A stretch of 53,595 nt of DNA, counting the filler, from Jimgerdemannia flammicorona (lineage: Eukaryota), in assembly GCA_003990765.1 (NCBI GenBank). It is 3 parts of 3 records of this genome, joined end to end, with 100 filler letters (N's around TTAATTAATTAA, not from the genome) between each part and the next. Parts side by side here need not be neighbours in the genome. Positions count along the whole stretch, not along the records: positions 1 to 17,799 come from RBNJ01002401.1; 2 more parts are not named here. One strand, written 5' to 3'. A model generated the notes under the pieces. That model worked only from the letters and a program-made list of their open reading frames with translations, was not told where the DNA came from and ran no database searches. Shown piece after piece: positions 1-13,589 of the stretch (position 1 is its first letter; each line of letters starts with the position of its first letter). The position numbers and the translations under genes are program-made.

Positions 1-1982
1 AAAATATACATATGCCTTATATATATATATGATTATCAATAAATATTAGAAAATATCTCTTATTAGAATATGATAGGGTATGCATCAGACCACATATATT
101 GATGTAAATGAGATCAAGAATCTCTAAGATACATATACTTCAATCATACTTTGAATAGGCACTGGGAAGCTTTGTTTTCTGTGCATGCCTTGTAAAAGTT
201 ATTCTCTAGATATATATATATCAGCAATCCACTCACTGGGCCACTTCTAATCATATGTTTGAGACTCATCTTTCCTTAATGCCATATGTTGAATACATCA
301 GATATAGTTATTATATAAGTAGAGACTTTTGCATTATTCCTATTTGGTATACTATTAATCATGTAAAGATTCTTATAATTTGAAGCTGTCACCAGCTCAT
401 TATCATATAAATAGTATATAGTAGTACTCTTCATATATATGTGTATTTCTTTGTTGCTATAGGACATCATTCTTCTCATTGAAATGAGATTCTTGCCAAT
501 CTCTAGAGTATATAGTATATCTAGAAATATATTAGCAGATTCTATAATATTACCATAGAGATATATCCTGACATTTTCTTTTCCTTGGGTATAGATGATG
601 TTATTATCTCCTAGTTTGATAGGTACAGAGTGCTTGAAAGGTTCATATATAGAGAACCATTTCCATATAGTATCATATGTTGTATAGCTCTAGAATCCAT
701 TAGCCAGATGTTGTTATTATTAGCTATGTTGGTGATATATTCATTGGAAGTATACTTGGAGAATATATAATTATTGGTAGTATTGATGTTACTACTTTTT
801 ATTAATTCTAAAGTATTTTGCTGACTGGGATTCATAGATAATAAGTTGGTGGATTTGGCAGTAGATCTTGTACTAGTGGTAGAACTAGTAGCTTGTACAA
901 AAAATAGATTACTCTTTTCATCAGTTTCAGTAATATTTATATTATCATGCTCCTCTTGATAGTTCATTCTACCATTCCTATATTGCCAATACTGGCTTTT
1001 TTCAAACTTATTTTCTCTGCTCTTCTTGTCATTTTCCCAGTTATTATATTGGTATTTCCTATGTCCATACTTGCTACAGTATTCACAGTAACCATTATAA
1101 TTAGCTGATAGACTCGACTGATTAGTGTATTGTTGAACTTGAGTTTGTATTTATCTCCTTTGATATTATTATCTGTACTTTTCTTATTTGGCACCATATT
1201 CATAGAACCCATGAAAGGTATTTTTGTCATCATCAGCACTGTTTTCTTAGTATATTTTCTTATTCATAAGGCTCATTATCATGTGGGTATAATCTGAGAG
1301 TCTCTGGCTCTTGTGTATAGCTACTACTATAATATTATATATATCTGGAAGTCCACTTGTGAGCACTATAACCTTATTTTCATTACTAATACAATTCACA
1401 GATATACTGAGAGAATTCATTTGATTTACCAGATCATCAATATAATTAGCATATTCATGGATGCTCTTCTTAGGCTTTATTTGAAAATTGAATAACTGAG
1501 ATTTCAGATGGAATCAATTCAATGTAGATGCTTGTATATGATGATTACATAGGCTTTCTATATCTTATGAGTCATTGTAGTATATATTATGAGCTTTATT
1601 TATAAGTTCAACAATGTGAATGTGATCTTACATAATACTCAGTAATCATTTGCAACATTGTAATCTTGAATTAGTGCTTATGGCTTCATATACTCCACCA
1701 AGCTATATTCATCAAGGAAATTCATCATATAAAATACTCAAATGGTATATGTAGTCTCTTCTATTGAAGATCAGGATAGACCTCTTGGCTGCGTTTACAT
1801 TAATAACTGGGACTATATTTCCTATACCTGTTGAGGTAATACCTGTGAGAGGAATTCTCATAATTGGCATATCTATTATCATACTCACATTACTAGGCTG
1901 ATTGTCAGACATTTCTAGTATAGTTTATTTTAAAGAGGTGTTTTTACTATTGCTGCTAAGTACTAGTTGAGCTCATAATATT
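1..1982 (-). mobile_element. Degenerate Ty1/Copia LTR retrotransposon, internal region (gag-protease-integrase N-terminus); runs off the window start
   Basis: Minus-strand motifs in Copia order: protease 'WLMDSRAIQHM' (W.LDSGA..HM, ~675-705), pre-integrase 'FNIWH', integrase 'LDLIYINICGLM' (LDLIHSD.CGPM, ~82-118). A decayed fungal Copia PBS (TTATGAGC, cf. GGTTATGAGCC) sits at ~1970-1978. Confidence 0.85.
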
Positions 1983-2243
1983 TGTATAAAGAGAGGGGCA
2001 TTTTTATTGAAATTGTATTGGTCATATATTTTATGTATTACTGATAAATAATATAAATCTGATAGTATGATATAAGGTTACATACTGATATATTGAGTTG
2101 CTATCTCAATATAATGGATCAGATGATGGCTCAAGTAGACATTGAAGTAATTATATATCTAAATAGTATAATAGTGATCAATATAAAGAATAATTAGAAG
2201 TTAATATATGTATTAAAAAAGAAGAACTTAAATATAATTAACA
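1983..2243 (-). repeat. Putative 5' LTR of the Copia element
   Basis: TG...CA-bounded segment directly upstream of the PBS. No second copy is in the window, so the ends are approximate. Confidence 0.5.
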
Positions 2244-2320
2244 GTAAACTAAGTAATATATTATCTGTATATTTTGCAACTATGACCAGAGAGGATCTCT
2301 AGCATATATGGTATGAATAC

Positions 2321-3566
2321 TGTCATGTAGTGGTTGCTGAGTCCTTCAAATATATCAGATTCCCTTTAAGGTATATCTCTTAGACTAACTACAAGTTTGT
2401 TATAAACAAGTTCTTATTGGAGTACCTTTCCAAGGTCTTATAGTCCTCAAATATCTTATCTTTAAACTGTCTTGTTATCTCTTAGATTTCTTGTATAGAA
2501 TTGAGTATAAGTGAACTGGAACTGACTTTATTTCAAAGGAAATAAGAGGGATATTTATACAAAATATATTTCAATGGTTGCTAAGTTATAAAGCTGAATA
2601 TAAATTCCAATAACCAATAAAAATACTTGAACACAGAAAACTATAATTGTAAGTACAAATTCAAGTATTTATACAAATAGTTGCACAAGTTCAGGATGTC
2701 AGTAGATTTCAGTGGTATAGGAAAAGAGTGCTCAAAGATTCTGGTATTACAGAAATATGATGCTGGTAGAATTCAGTTATATAAGAAAAGGATGCCAGAA
2801 GATTGCAGTATTGCCAAGAACTTAGAGCAGAAATTTCAGAACTAGTGCTCCGAATGAGTCAATCCGGATGGGATTCAGATGGGATTCGAATCAACCATTG
2901 TTTTAATTTCCAAATCAGACAATTAAATGTTTACATCAATACCCCAATGAATAATTATCCAGATTTGATGATCTTGGTGTCATTTAAAGGCCCTTAATAA
3001 GCCCTTTCTATTGATACCAAGAATATTAAAATCAGATTACACGTTGCTGAGATATTAAGGAAAACGTTCTATTTGACGAAATTTCCAAAATCGGCGATTC
3101 AGACGGTTTCCTTCATAACTTGGCAACGCATGATCCGATTTCAATATTCTTGGTATCATTAGATAGGCCTTATTACGGGCTTTCAAATGATACCAAGATC
3201 ATCAAATTTGGATGATTATTCATCGAGTTATTGATGTAAACATTTAATTATCTGATTTGGAAATCAAAACAATGGTTGATACAAATCCATCCAGATGGGA
3301 TTCGAATCCCATCCAAGTTGATCCAGATGGGATTCAATCCGAATCAATTTGAATCCAATCCAGATTAAATTGATTCATTAGGAGCACTATTCAGAACCAT
3401 TGGGGCTTCATCTTTGTCACTACCAGAGGTCAGGATGTCTTCAAAGAAAATGAGATCTATAAACATTTTGTCTATTTTGCATGTTTTGCATATGTCATGT
3501 GGGATGATGTCATCGCTGATGACATCATCACATTTGGTAGTAGTAGGGGCTCTTTAAACTATGACA
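2321..3566 (-). repeat. Gypsy-type 3' LTR (about 690 bp without the MITE inserted in it)
   Basis: Terminal inverted repeat TGTCAT...ATGACA. Polypurine tract GGAAGAGAA immediately upstream on the minus strand (~3567-3578). The TATA/poly(A)-signal block at ~2510-2560 resembles the LTR at 19680-19740. Confidence 0.75.
2843..3389. mobile_element. hAT-family MITE, 547 bp, almost entirely palindromic
   Basis: TIRs TAGTGCTCCGAATGA / TCATTAGGAGCACTA. Perfect 8-bp TSD TTCAGAAC at 2835-2842 and 3390-3397. Internal arms ~2890-3068 and ~3102-3278 are reverse complements. Confidence 0.93.
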
Positions 3567-4729
3567 TTCTCTTCCACAAAATAAGGAACAAATGTGGAGT
3601 CTTGGGGAGGTCTAACATGGATCCTGGGGCCTTGAAATACTGAGATCAATCCTTATATAAATTGATCTAGTTGTCCTGGAGGATGGGATATCAGAACTCT
3701 TGTACTTCATCACTATTGAGGGTGATAGTAGACTGGACTTCTGTTGCCACTATGGTCTTCAGTACATTAGTGCTGTGGGCTGATAGTTTCTTGAAGTCTG
3801 AGATTCTAGTATACTCTAAGTTGGAGATTGACTATGGTGTATGTCTGAAGACCTGATAAATCTTCTTGGCTATCTGTATTTTGTACACATCTATGAGAGT
3901 AGTATCTAGTATTTCTTGGGAACTGGTCTTAGGGAATTCCCAGTAGAGGAGGTTTTCTATTTCATATTCCTGCACATCCAGAGGTATTTGATAGTAATAG
4001 TGATCCTTGTTTCCATTTTATGGTAGTAGAGGATATAATGATAAGAGTTACTAGTACCCAGGTTGAGACTAGGAGTCCTTCTTATGTGGGTCCTCATAGC
4101 TCTTCTGATGTCTTAGAATATCCTTTCCTAGACTGAGGGGTCTTGGTAGTTCCTGGATCTTGAGGTTTGGTGAGCAGCAGAAATTTGCTTATAGTAAGTC
4201 TTTTGAACTATTTCTGTGAGCTTTGTTTGGATTGCCACTACTGCAGTTTCTTGATCCTTCTTTTATATTTCTTAAGATATCTGTCTTGTGATTATAATAA
4301 CTCATAGTTGGTCATCATTACTCATCTTATAGTCTGGGTGAGTCATGCCATATAATCTTCTTGTACTCTAATCTAGTGCCTTGCAAGAAAAGGCTGTCTC
4401 CTGTGCTGATATCATCATTCTGTGGTCACTGTTATATCTTCCTACTAAATAAGAATCTTCTCTTGAATATTCTTATTCATTGATCTTGTCTGAAAAATTT
4501 GCTGATTCCATAACCTCTGACAAGGAGTCAAAAAGTAGTGTTTATGGGCTGATGTCTTCTCTATGTATTTTGGCATGGTGGTGAAGAGTCACTCTATCAT
4601 ATAGAGCAATGGCCTGATTCTAATCTTGACCAATCAGTTGACAGTTTGAACTTCTCTGGTTTTAAAGTCTCATGATGAGTAGTTACTAGTGCTATATTTC
4701 TTAGAGAATGGTCTAGACAGATTGCTTGC
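3567..4729 (-). mobile_element. Gypsy 3' internal region carrying a decayed extra ORF ('ORF3')
   Basis: Lies directly upstream of the PPT/LTR. Translation of ~4070-3660 gives 'SLNLGTSNSYHYILYYH...QEYEIENLL...AKKIYQVFRHTP*SISNLEYTRISDFKKLS', homologous to 18504-19323. Confidence 0.7.
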
Positions 4730-4808
4730 TTTTTTTTTTTTTTATAGTCACTTGGACTCGTCCTTTATTACACCCATCTATCCTATAGAAATACAATAAA
4801 CCCACCTC

Positions 4809-7800
4809 CTATCCAATCCCCCTAGGGGGGCCCCTCCCCCCTACTCCTTCTCGATGAAACACCACTCTATCGAATACAATTTCCACCCTCCCACTACTCT
4901 GTTCACATATCCTTGTCACCAAACCATGCCACTGCCCCCCTGAGGGACCCCAATCTATCCACCATCCAGTCAACAGATCCCCCAACAGCTCCTCCCACCT
5001 TACAACCTTCTTCTGCAGGCTCAACTGCCGCCCCTCCTCAAACACAAATAGCCAATGTCCTGCCAGACCCACCCAAACTGCTAACACCCACCTAACAGTG
5101 TGCCAACTATCACCCACCCCCTCCACCAGCCAAGATCTCAAGTCCTCCCAGTGATCCCCTTCACCCACTGGCCTGCGCTCCACCCTTAGTCTATTTCCTA
5201 TCTCAACCCAAAAGTCCCCCAATACCTCACACTCCCCCAGCCAATGTTCCGGCGTCTGCACCGAACCCCCAACTTATCCTACATTATAACACTCCTCACA
5301 ATCAAAACAGCCACCATCCACCAGATGCCTGGTGCAGAAATTCAGCATGATATTCCTCCGCAGTATTCACCACCACACCACCCAGAACTTGGGGGGAAGC
5401 CACCGCTGCACCTCAGCACTCCAAGACCAGATACCAGCCCAGTCCCACTCCTTGCTGATCCCAACTACCTGCCAACCACTCAGCCAAAAGTCTCAGCCAA
5501 AACCCTACTGACACTCCACTCCATCCCCAATATCAAAAGTAACAAGTGGAGTACCCCCCAAAAGCAGTCTATCCCATTGCCACATATGAGGACCCAACAA
5601 CCCCTCCCCCTCATTGCCTTGCCAGCGTAAACCAATTTGGTGTGCTCCATCGACCACTCCCCACCAAAAGCCCTTAAATCACAGCCACCGAATTCCATAA
5701 AGCCCTACCAGAGAGAGTAGATCTCCTGAGGACCCTCGGGGGGAGGTTCTCATCTCCCACACCTTCTGGATCAGAAGTACCCAACCCCCTCCCTGCAGTT
5801 CAGCCGCTCTCTTCAGCCACTAGGCTCGCAGGCAGTACAACCTCTTGGGGAAATCCACAAGGCCCAGACCTCCCCTGTCCACTGGCATCGCAAGAGTATC
5901 CCAACTGATCTGGGACCTCCTTCCTGCCCAAATCCAATCCCTAGCCACCTTCATCAGCCTCTTCACCACCCAAGCTGGGAAGTCTAGGTGATATGCTACA
6001 TACCATAGCTTGGGAAACCAGTAGGTATTCAGAATCGATACATGCCCTCCTAGGGAGATATGGCGGCCTCCCCAACCTCGCAGGGCCTCCTCCCAAATAG
6101 CCACCCTGCCCTCCCACCACACTCATGGCAAGACAGAACCATATACAGAGAGGAAGATGCCCAGATACTACACCACCTCACCAGAAGGGACAATTGTTCC
6201 AATGATGTCCCCACCCACCAGTCTATTCCCTAGCACCATAGTCTCACAATTATGCCAGTTGAGCTTTGCTCCAGAGTTAGCCTCATACCATTCCACTGTC
6301 TCCTGAAGTGCCTCGACATCTGCCACAGACCCAAGGCCAACTACCATATCATGTGCAAAGGCCCCCACCTTCCACACTATACCATAGATAGAGAGCCCCA
6401 CCACCTTTTGGTGAATCCTATCCATTAACAGTTCCAATGAAAGAGCATAAAGAATGGGGGACAAGGGGTCCCCCTGGGGAACCCCTCTTCCCAAGATAAA
6501 TGTCTGACCATGGTGACCATTACACAACAGTGCTGCCCGACTACCCTCAAGCAGATTCACCATAGAAGCCTGAAATCCAGGAGGAACACCAATATGATCC
6601 AACACTTTGCCCAGCCAAACCTGCCGGACCCAGTCATAGGCCTTCTCCTGATTCAAAAAGACCAACCTCCCATCCAGGCCACAAGCCCAGGCCCCTTCAA
6701 TGATACCATACACCCAAGCAGTCCCATCTCTAATAAGCCTGCCTCCAACAAAGCCCTGCTGCTCTTCCCCCAGCACCTGTTGGGCAACCTTCTGCAGCCT
6801 TGCAACAACTACCTTAGTTACCATCTTCCTGTCCATATCCAAAAGCATGATCAGCTGCCAGTTCTTCCAGTCTTCTCTCCCCCCCTTGTCTTTGTACAAT
6901 AAGGTCACTAACCCTAGGTCCTGCTCTCTAACCCATTCACTGCTCTGAAGAATATAATCACAGAGAGCAGTCATCTCCCCCAGAATGCTGGAGACCTTGA
7001 CCATCTTCTTCCAGAAGTCCCATAGCAGTCCATTCTCCCCTGGTGCTGTTCCAGTTTTAGTTGCTGCAAGGACACTCTGGACTTCCTCACCTTGCACTGG
7101 CAAGGCCAAGTCATCAAGTCCCGCCACTTGCAGCAGCCTCCATTCTCTTAATATATCTTCAATAGCTGTCTCCTCAGCACCCCCTCCATCTTCACTCCAC
7201 AAACCCCACCATCTCTCTTTCAAAACCCCTAGTATATGTTGTGTGCCATGCCCCATGTCCCCATTGGCATTGAGGACTCCATCCCACTGATGTCTCACCC
7301 TCCTAGTATTGAGCAGGCGGGATAAATATCTAGTGGGCCGCTCACCCTCCTCAAGCCCCTGCCACTGTAGCCTAGCAGCCATACTTCGCATATGGACCTC
7401 CTCCTCTTCTCTCAGCACCTGTTGCAGTTCCAAAATCTCTAATTTAATCCGCACTAACCTCCAGTCCTCCACCCCACCAGAAGTAAGCAAACCTGCTCAA
7501 TCCATCAGCAATCTTCTAGGCCTGCTGGAAGCACATCTCATGTGCCTCCTCCTTTATCTCCCAGCTTCCCTCCCAGCCTCTCCCCAATAGATCTTCGCTG
7601 CCTCTTTCAATCTCATCCACTGGATGCCCACTGACAAACCCTCATACCTCCAGTGAGAAACTTTCGCCTGAATGTCCTCTACCCATAGATCCCACAACCC
7701 CTTTTCAGCTAGTAGAGAGGAGTTGAGGCACCAATGTCCGGGTCCATCTCCACTCCCCCCAAACTGCCCCTGGCCCAACAGTCCCCAGTGATCAGACCAT

Positions 7801-8468
7801 GGGCACCATTCCACCTCCAATACCTTCCAGACATCCAACCCCCAGCATTCTGCCATCAGAATCCAGTCAATCCTTGTACCCAAGCAATTCACCCAATGCA
7901 TATAGACCCTGGAGTCACCCCATCACGTTCTACCCATATCCCCTAAGGAGCTCAACCTCTCCACCTCCTCCCATGCATCCAGTCCTCCACTTCTACCTTC
8001 TGTACTCCTCCCACCATCAGTGTGGTCCAAATGCTGATTCCGAACCATATTAAAGTCCTCCCCAATCACATCAACCCCTTCCACCAAGAGAACACCCTCC
8101 TCCAGCAGCTTCTCAATCCAAGCAATCCTCTCACTCCTAACCACAGGGCAGTAGCAAGAGCCAACCCTCACCAACTCCCACCCTGGCTGCTGCCAATCTC
8201 CCCAGACCAAATGGTCACCCCAGCTCCTGATTCCCACCAAGTCCCCTCTACCCTTCCTCACCAGAATCACCACTTTTCCAAATCAAGCAGAAGCCCCACC
8301 CCATTCCCTAGTCCACTTCACCTGATCATCCTCATCCTCACACCAAACATCCTGCAATAAGAAGAGATCAGCCTCCAATCCCTTGAGCCAAGTAAAAATG
8401 TTCTTATACCATCCAGACCCCCTTGGCCCATTCACATTCAAAGAGAAAATGTTAGTTATACTGTTCAT
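4809..8468 (-). pseudogene. LINE ORF2 (APE endonuclease, RT, C-terminal Cys/His domain), disrupted
   Basis: 'MNSITNIFSLNVNG', 'FLLQD', 'RIDWIL', 'WSDH' (APE). 'QEKAYD', 'GVPQGDPLSPILY', 'GAFAHDM' (FADD in other copies). 'PEHWLGEC' at the C-terminus. Several in-frame stops. Confidence 0.93.
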
Positions 8469-9600
8469 AAGAAATAATGTTAAAAGGTGATCTCATTCTC
8501 AATAAGTCTGCATTCAGCTCCTCCTGCACCAAGTCCAATTCCCATTCAGCAGCTAGTTCCCTTTCCCCAGCTTCCTGTTCCTCCAATCCTCCCAGGAGTT
8601 CTACCATTGCCTCATCTTCCCTCTCCTCAAATTCCTCACGATACTCCAGACAGGCCTCTCTCCAGAGCTGCAAACCATACCACTCAGTCCAGCAGTATGC
8701 TGCCTGCTCACCTGCAGCCATCACCAGCTCTGCCTTCCTTGCCTCATTGACATCATAACCCTCCTCCTTTAAGAGGATTGTAAGAATCTCCCCCCTCAGC
8801 ACCTCCACTACTCCCTCACCATAAAGAATCCACTCCCAGTGCCCCTCAGGCATAACCCACAGGTCCACTTCTCCCAATGCATCTGCTATGAGGTTATCCA
8901 TCACTTTGCTCATCCACAGTAAGTTTCCCACCTCCTTCCCTCTAGGGGTCCTGGGCCAGCCTACATCCAACATTGTGGTATCAGCACCCACACTGACAGC
9001 CTCATCCCACTCCTCCTCAGGGATATCCACCAGCTCATCCTCATCAGCCACCACCACCTGGCCCCCTTTTGCCACATCCGGGACCCCAAAATGCACTTGC
9101 TGGGCCCCCTTCATCAGCACATCCTCTGATACCCTTCTTTTTGCAGCCAGGCCCCTCCTGATCAGAGGGGGTAGGGTGGAGTCCAATTCCGGCTCCCAGA
9201 CCTCCAAGGTGCCATCAGCAAAAGGATCCTTGCTTAGCACCTTCCCATCTCCTTCATTATCTACCTCTACCTCCCCTACCCCTTTACTAGCCCAGCCACT
9301 GGTCTCAACGCCCCCAGATACCTCTGCCCCAACTGCCTTCTTCTCTGCCCCAACTGTCATACTCGCCAGTAGTTCTCTCTGCATTCTGCGCCCCTGTGCC
9401 CGCTCCCACTGCCCCTTGTCCATGCAGATTCATTTCCCCTCCACAACCTCTAGATGCATTGACTCTTCAAACATCTTCCAGGCCCTCACCCTCCTCTCCA
9501 CAGCTCCACTCATCTCCTCCAGCGCCTCCAACAAGTCCTCCTCCTCCTCCTCACTCCCCTTCACCCTCGACACCTTACAGATGAATGCCCCCCACATCAG
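8452..9600 (-). pseudogene. LINE ORF1, C-terminal half (acidic, coiled-coil-like)
   Basis: The 323-aa ORF 8452-9423 aligns with ORF 48925-49842 and precedes ORF2. Confidence 0.85.
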
Positions 9601-9619
9601 GCTATATTTTCTATATTAT

Positions 9620-11508
9620 TAAAATGATATTATCATCATCACTAAGATAGATGATATAGCTGATAACTACTTTTGAACTGATGCTAGTAGTATCTTGAGA
9701 TTTGCAGTCTTCTTTAATAGAGTCTGATTTTCAATACTATGATCAGAGACTATATTTTCACTAAAGGATATTTAATTTTAAAAGGTATATACTATCATCA
9801 TCACTACAGATACTTAAAGACTTCACTGATAATATCAATACATATTTATATATATTGACAACTAAGCAGTTATTATATATATATATCAACTATAGTATAA
9901 CCCATAACTCTAAACTAATCAAACTTCTATGTATGACAATTACTCTTCCTTAATCTACAATACTTATTTCAGCTTAGGGTATTATTTATTTCTTTCTATA
10001 TTAATACTATTACTGATACTCTATTTTGTCTTAATCTCTCATACTTTTTTTCTCTTACCCCCTATACTGACTAGACTCTAATAATGTCTAGCTCTCTCTC
10101 TATATCTATCTTCTACCTCTCACAGCTTTCTTTCTATAGTTCAGCCTGACAAGCTCTATATAACAATTATATAATACTAAATAATATAGTTTTTATAAGT
10201 ACTACACCCTCTACAATATTCACACTCAGATGGTTTTATTATAAATAATATCTAATTCTGTAGATATACTCAATTGCTCTTTAATATTTATATTATATAA
10301 CTATTAAATTATACCTATCTATAGTATATTAATTGCATATCTATGCTGATCTCTTTGATTGCCTCAATGGCTTACTGCAGCTATCACAGGTTCTTAGGAG
10401 TATTAAATACTAGCTTGGAGTACTTCTTCCATATCTATACCTACTGATCACATTGTTAATTCTGACCTCAATTCTCTCTCCCTCTTGAATCTCTTAGTTA
10501 TCAATCAACTTAACTTTACTGCTACATTATATTAATATACTTTGACTTTCTCTACTCAGACAAACTTATCTGGAGACTATTTTTTGTCCCTATCACCCAC
10601 TTGTCCTGAGCATTAATACAATTCTAGCTATCAATTTATAATTTAAGTTGTATTACTTTAATGATCCCTCTATCAAAAATTGACTCATTTTGATATAACA
10701 CCACTCTCATAAGTTCTACTTAGTATATCATATATAGTCTGTCTGCTTCAGATTCTCTTCCTCACATTTCTAGTCTCTCTGACCTCATCTCTTTTTTATT
10801 AGGTGAATGATATGCCCTTTAACTAAGACAACTACTCCTCACTCAATAGCCTCTTCTTACTGCTATTGGGCTTTCAGTATATATATTTATAGGCTATAGC
10901 TTTTATATTTAAGTCTCTATAGATGTTACTGAAGTAAGAGTTTTAAACTATGAAATTCAAATCCTTAAGTAGTAGTACAGTGATATCTATTAACTCTATA
11001 TCTAGTTATCTATATCTCACATCCTCTCTCTAATATCTACTCTTGCTACTCACAATATCTAGAATCCAATAACTACTGAGACTATATAGAGACCCCTTTC
11101 CACCACAATTGCTCTTGCTATATAATAATTATATATCTGAAAGATCTTCTCAACTATAAGATAATCAGTGCAAAGATGTACAACTCTTATATTATATTCA
11201 GTTCTCTTATATTTATATTAATGCTTATCTCACATTCATAGACACTTCTCTCTTTATACAAATTTCATCATATAGGGGCTCATGATCATAGGAATGTGAA
11301 ATTAATACTCACACTGTATCTAGGCCTCCTCAACTATAGTATTATATATATTTTCTTATACTGGATTCTTATCAAACTGACCAATATATGTATTTGAGAC
11401 TAACTTCCTCATACAGACATTTTGCTTAAATACAAATATATATATATATCAATATCTTTGTTTTAGCTGAAAATAGGTTATAGCTATTGTATAGCAATAG
11501 AGGTTGAA
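9620..11508 (+). mobile_element. Outer Ngaro-type YR retrotransposon, left part (RNase H, tyrosine recombinase, repeat B1'), heavily mutated
   Basis: RNase H 'TDASS' (~9677) and 'IDN*AV'. YR C-terminus 'FIGYSFYI...YEIQILK**YSDIY*LYI' (GHSFRI...GRW.SD.Y..YI) at ~10885-11000. 11361-11508 matches 16979-17114. Confidence 0.75.
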
Positions 11509-11849
11509 TGAAGGAATCCCAAAAAGAGATAGTATATAAAAGATATATCACTATGATCCCTCAAATAGGGAATTCCTAACATTAAAGGAATCTCAAAAGG
11601 ATAGCACATTAAAGACATATATTACTTAATTAGGCAATTACATATATATATTATAAAATTACAGAATTCATTGTATGCCCAACATCTTGTCCCCTTTCCC
11701 TTATACTCAATTATCTTCGCTATCATATAGTTTTACTCACAGATTCATCATTAAAGCATAGTTATCATTACAACTAGCAATAATTATAATAGTAATATAC
11801 AAATATATATATACAAAAAAAATAAAATAAAAAACTATACAAATTATAC

Positions 11850-13365
11850 CAACTATGATACACCCCCACAACTCTTGCTAGGTCTGCCATACTGCAGGTA
11901 ATAACTTTCCTGGATGAGATTCTACTGGCTCAAATATATACCCCTTATCTCATAACATAGAGGCTATCATAGCTGCCATCACAGTATATACTGAAGGGGA
12001 TAATAATGTTTTAATAACTCTTCTCCAACTCTGCAATCATTGCAATATACTGTGACATTCACCTGAACTCACTGCAAGTGTATCCACCAGACTACCATAG
12101 GTAGATTTCGACCAGGACACCTACATCACTAAGTAACACCAACTAATTGTCACTCTACACTGCCACCTTGAAAAAGCCTGAGCTCTATCTCTTCTAATCA
12201 CTATCATTGACCTGGTATCTAGCCCTGATTATCTTACTGACTCTGAACCTCTGGGTATTATACTGGTGGTATCTGTGTCACATCTGGTGCCAATTTCAGT
12301 TTTGGGTATAGGCATATCCACAATATAAGTTTCAAGCATTCCTGTCTCAGATATTTTCATACCTCAGTTACTATAGCTTCCCACTCAGCAGTCTTTACCT
12401 ATAACAGTCCAGCCAGTCTTTTGACCATTATTACTGCCTGCTATCTTTCTACTTCCAGTGTCACTGGACTCTTCTGGTTTCCGGCACCCACCTATTGACA
12501 TTCCACTTACCACCTACTCTGGCATCCTACCTCTATTTTTAGCATCGAGCTACTTTCCTTATGTGGCAAGCTCTATGAGACCTCCTATCACTATAACTAT
12601 GCTACCCACCTCTATGGCCACCCTGATACTCATAGGTGTGATCCCAGATGCATCCTTTTTTCCTTCTGCATATGATAACCCCAACCTCACCAAGTACTTG
12701 AGTGCAAACCCCACTATGGTTTCGACCATGAGATCTGGGAAAACTAGTTATCTGCTCCCCTTTGACCATTGCTCCTCCCAATCCTCATTTTATTGAGGAG
12801 GTCGACCCTACCATCCTCATGTGTGTCTTACAGCCACAGGAAGTTGCCATGGTCAAGGATTTCCTTCATCTTCTTGCCCTACTTAGCTCTTTGTTACTAT
12901 ATTTCAGCATACTCTATGATGCATTCCTAGGCCTTACCAACCTGACAGCATTCTTTTGCTATATCTCTGACCTTATCTACCTAAACAGTGATTATCAATG
13001 AGAGGCAATACTTGATTATCACATTGAGTTTCATATACAACAGATAGCTATCCCTCTCTCTCACATATCATGTTTGGCATGGACTACTTGGGATGGTGAA
13101 CTTATGTCTTTGTACCTATCTCTTGACCTCTGCACCATTCTACTGGGTCCATCTCATCTGTTGCTTATTCACTAAGAATCTCTCCTCCATCATGATCACC
13201 TTGGTACAACCAGTCTAATTAGTTATCAAATCTATACCATGCATTTAACCACATCAATTGGAATAGTACCATCAACTCCTCCTTAATTGGCTGTATCTGC
13301 TAAAACTGCCCTTACTAACATCTGTACTCCCATTACACAAGACTACATGGTACATTTGAATACAC
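11850..13365 (+). pseudogene. Ngaro gag-like ORF, disrupted
   Basis: '*EAILDYHIEFH' (~13000) and a decayed Cys/His knuckle 'GCIC*NCPY*HLYSHY...H' (~13290-13360). Upstream of RT; start approximate. Confidence 0.6.
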
Positions 13366-13589
13366 ATTATAGGATCTTATGGGTGAATTGGTGGACCTTG
13401 TTGTAGTTCCCCCTTCCACTCCATCAACAAGACCCCCCCCCCCTTCTATTCCTTTAACATTACTTTCCCCTCGAGTACCTAATAACTCCTTCTCCTTCTC
13501 TCTCACCACCCACCTGATTTTGGCCAAATACATCCTGGACATCTTCCCTCTTCCAAAAACCTCTCTTTGAGCTGATACATATATGAGTA

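Larger units (their letters stand above)
4730..9600 (-). mobile_element. L1/Tx1-clade LINE copy 1, 5'-truncated within ORF1, with poly(A) tail
   Basis: Poly(T) at 4730-4743. Collinear with the full-length copy at 47742-53595. Confidence 0.95.
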
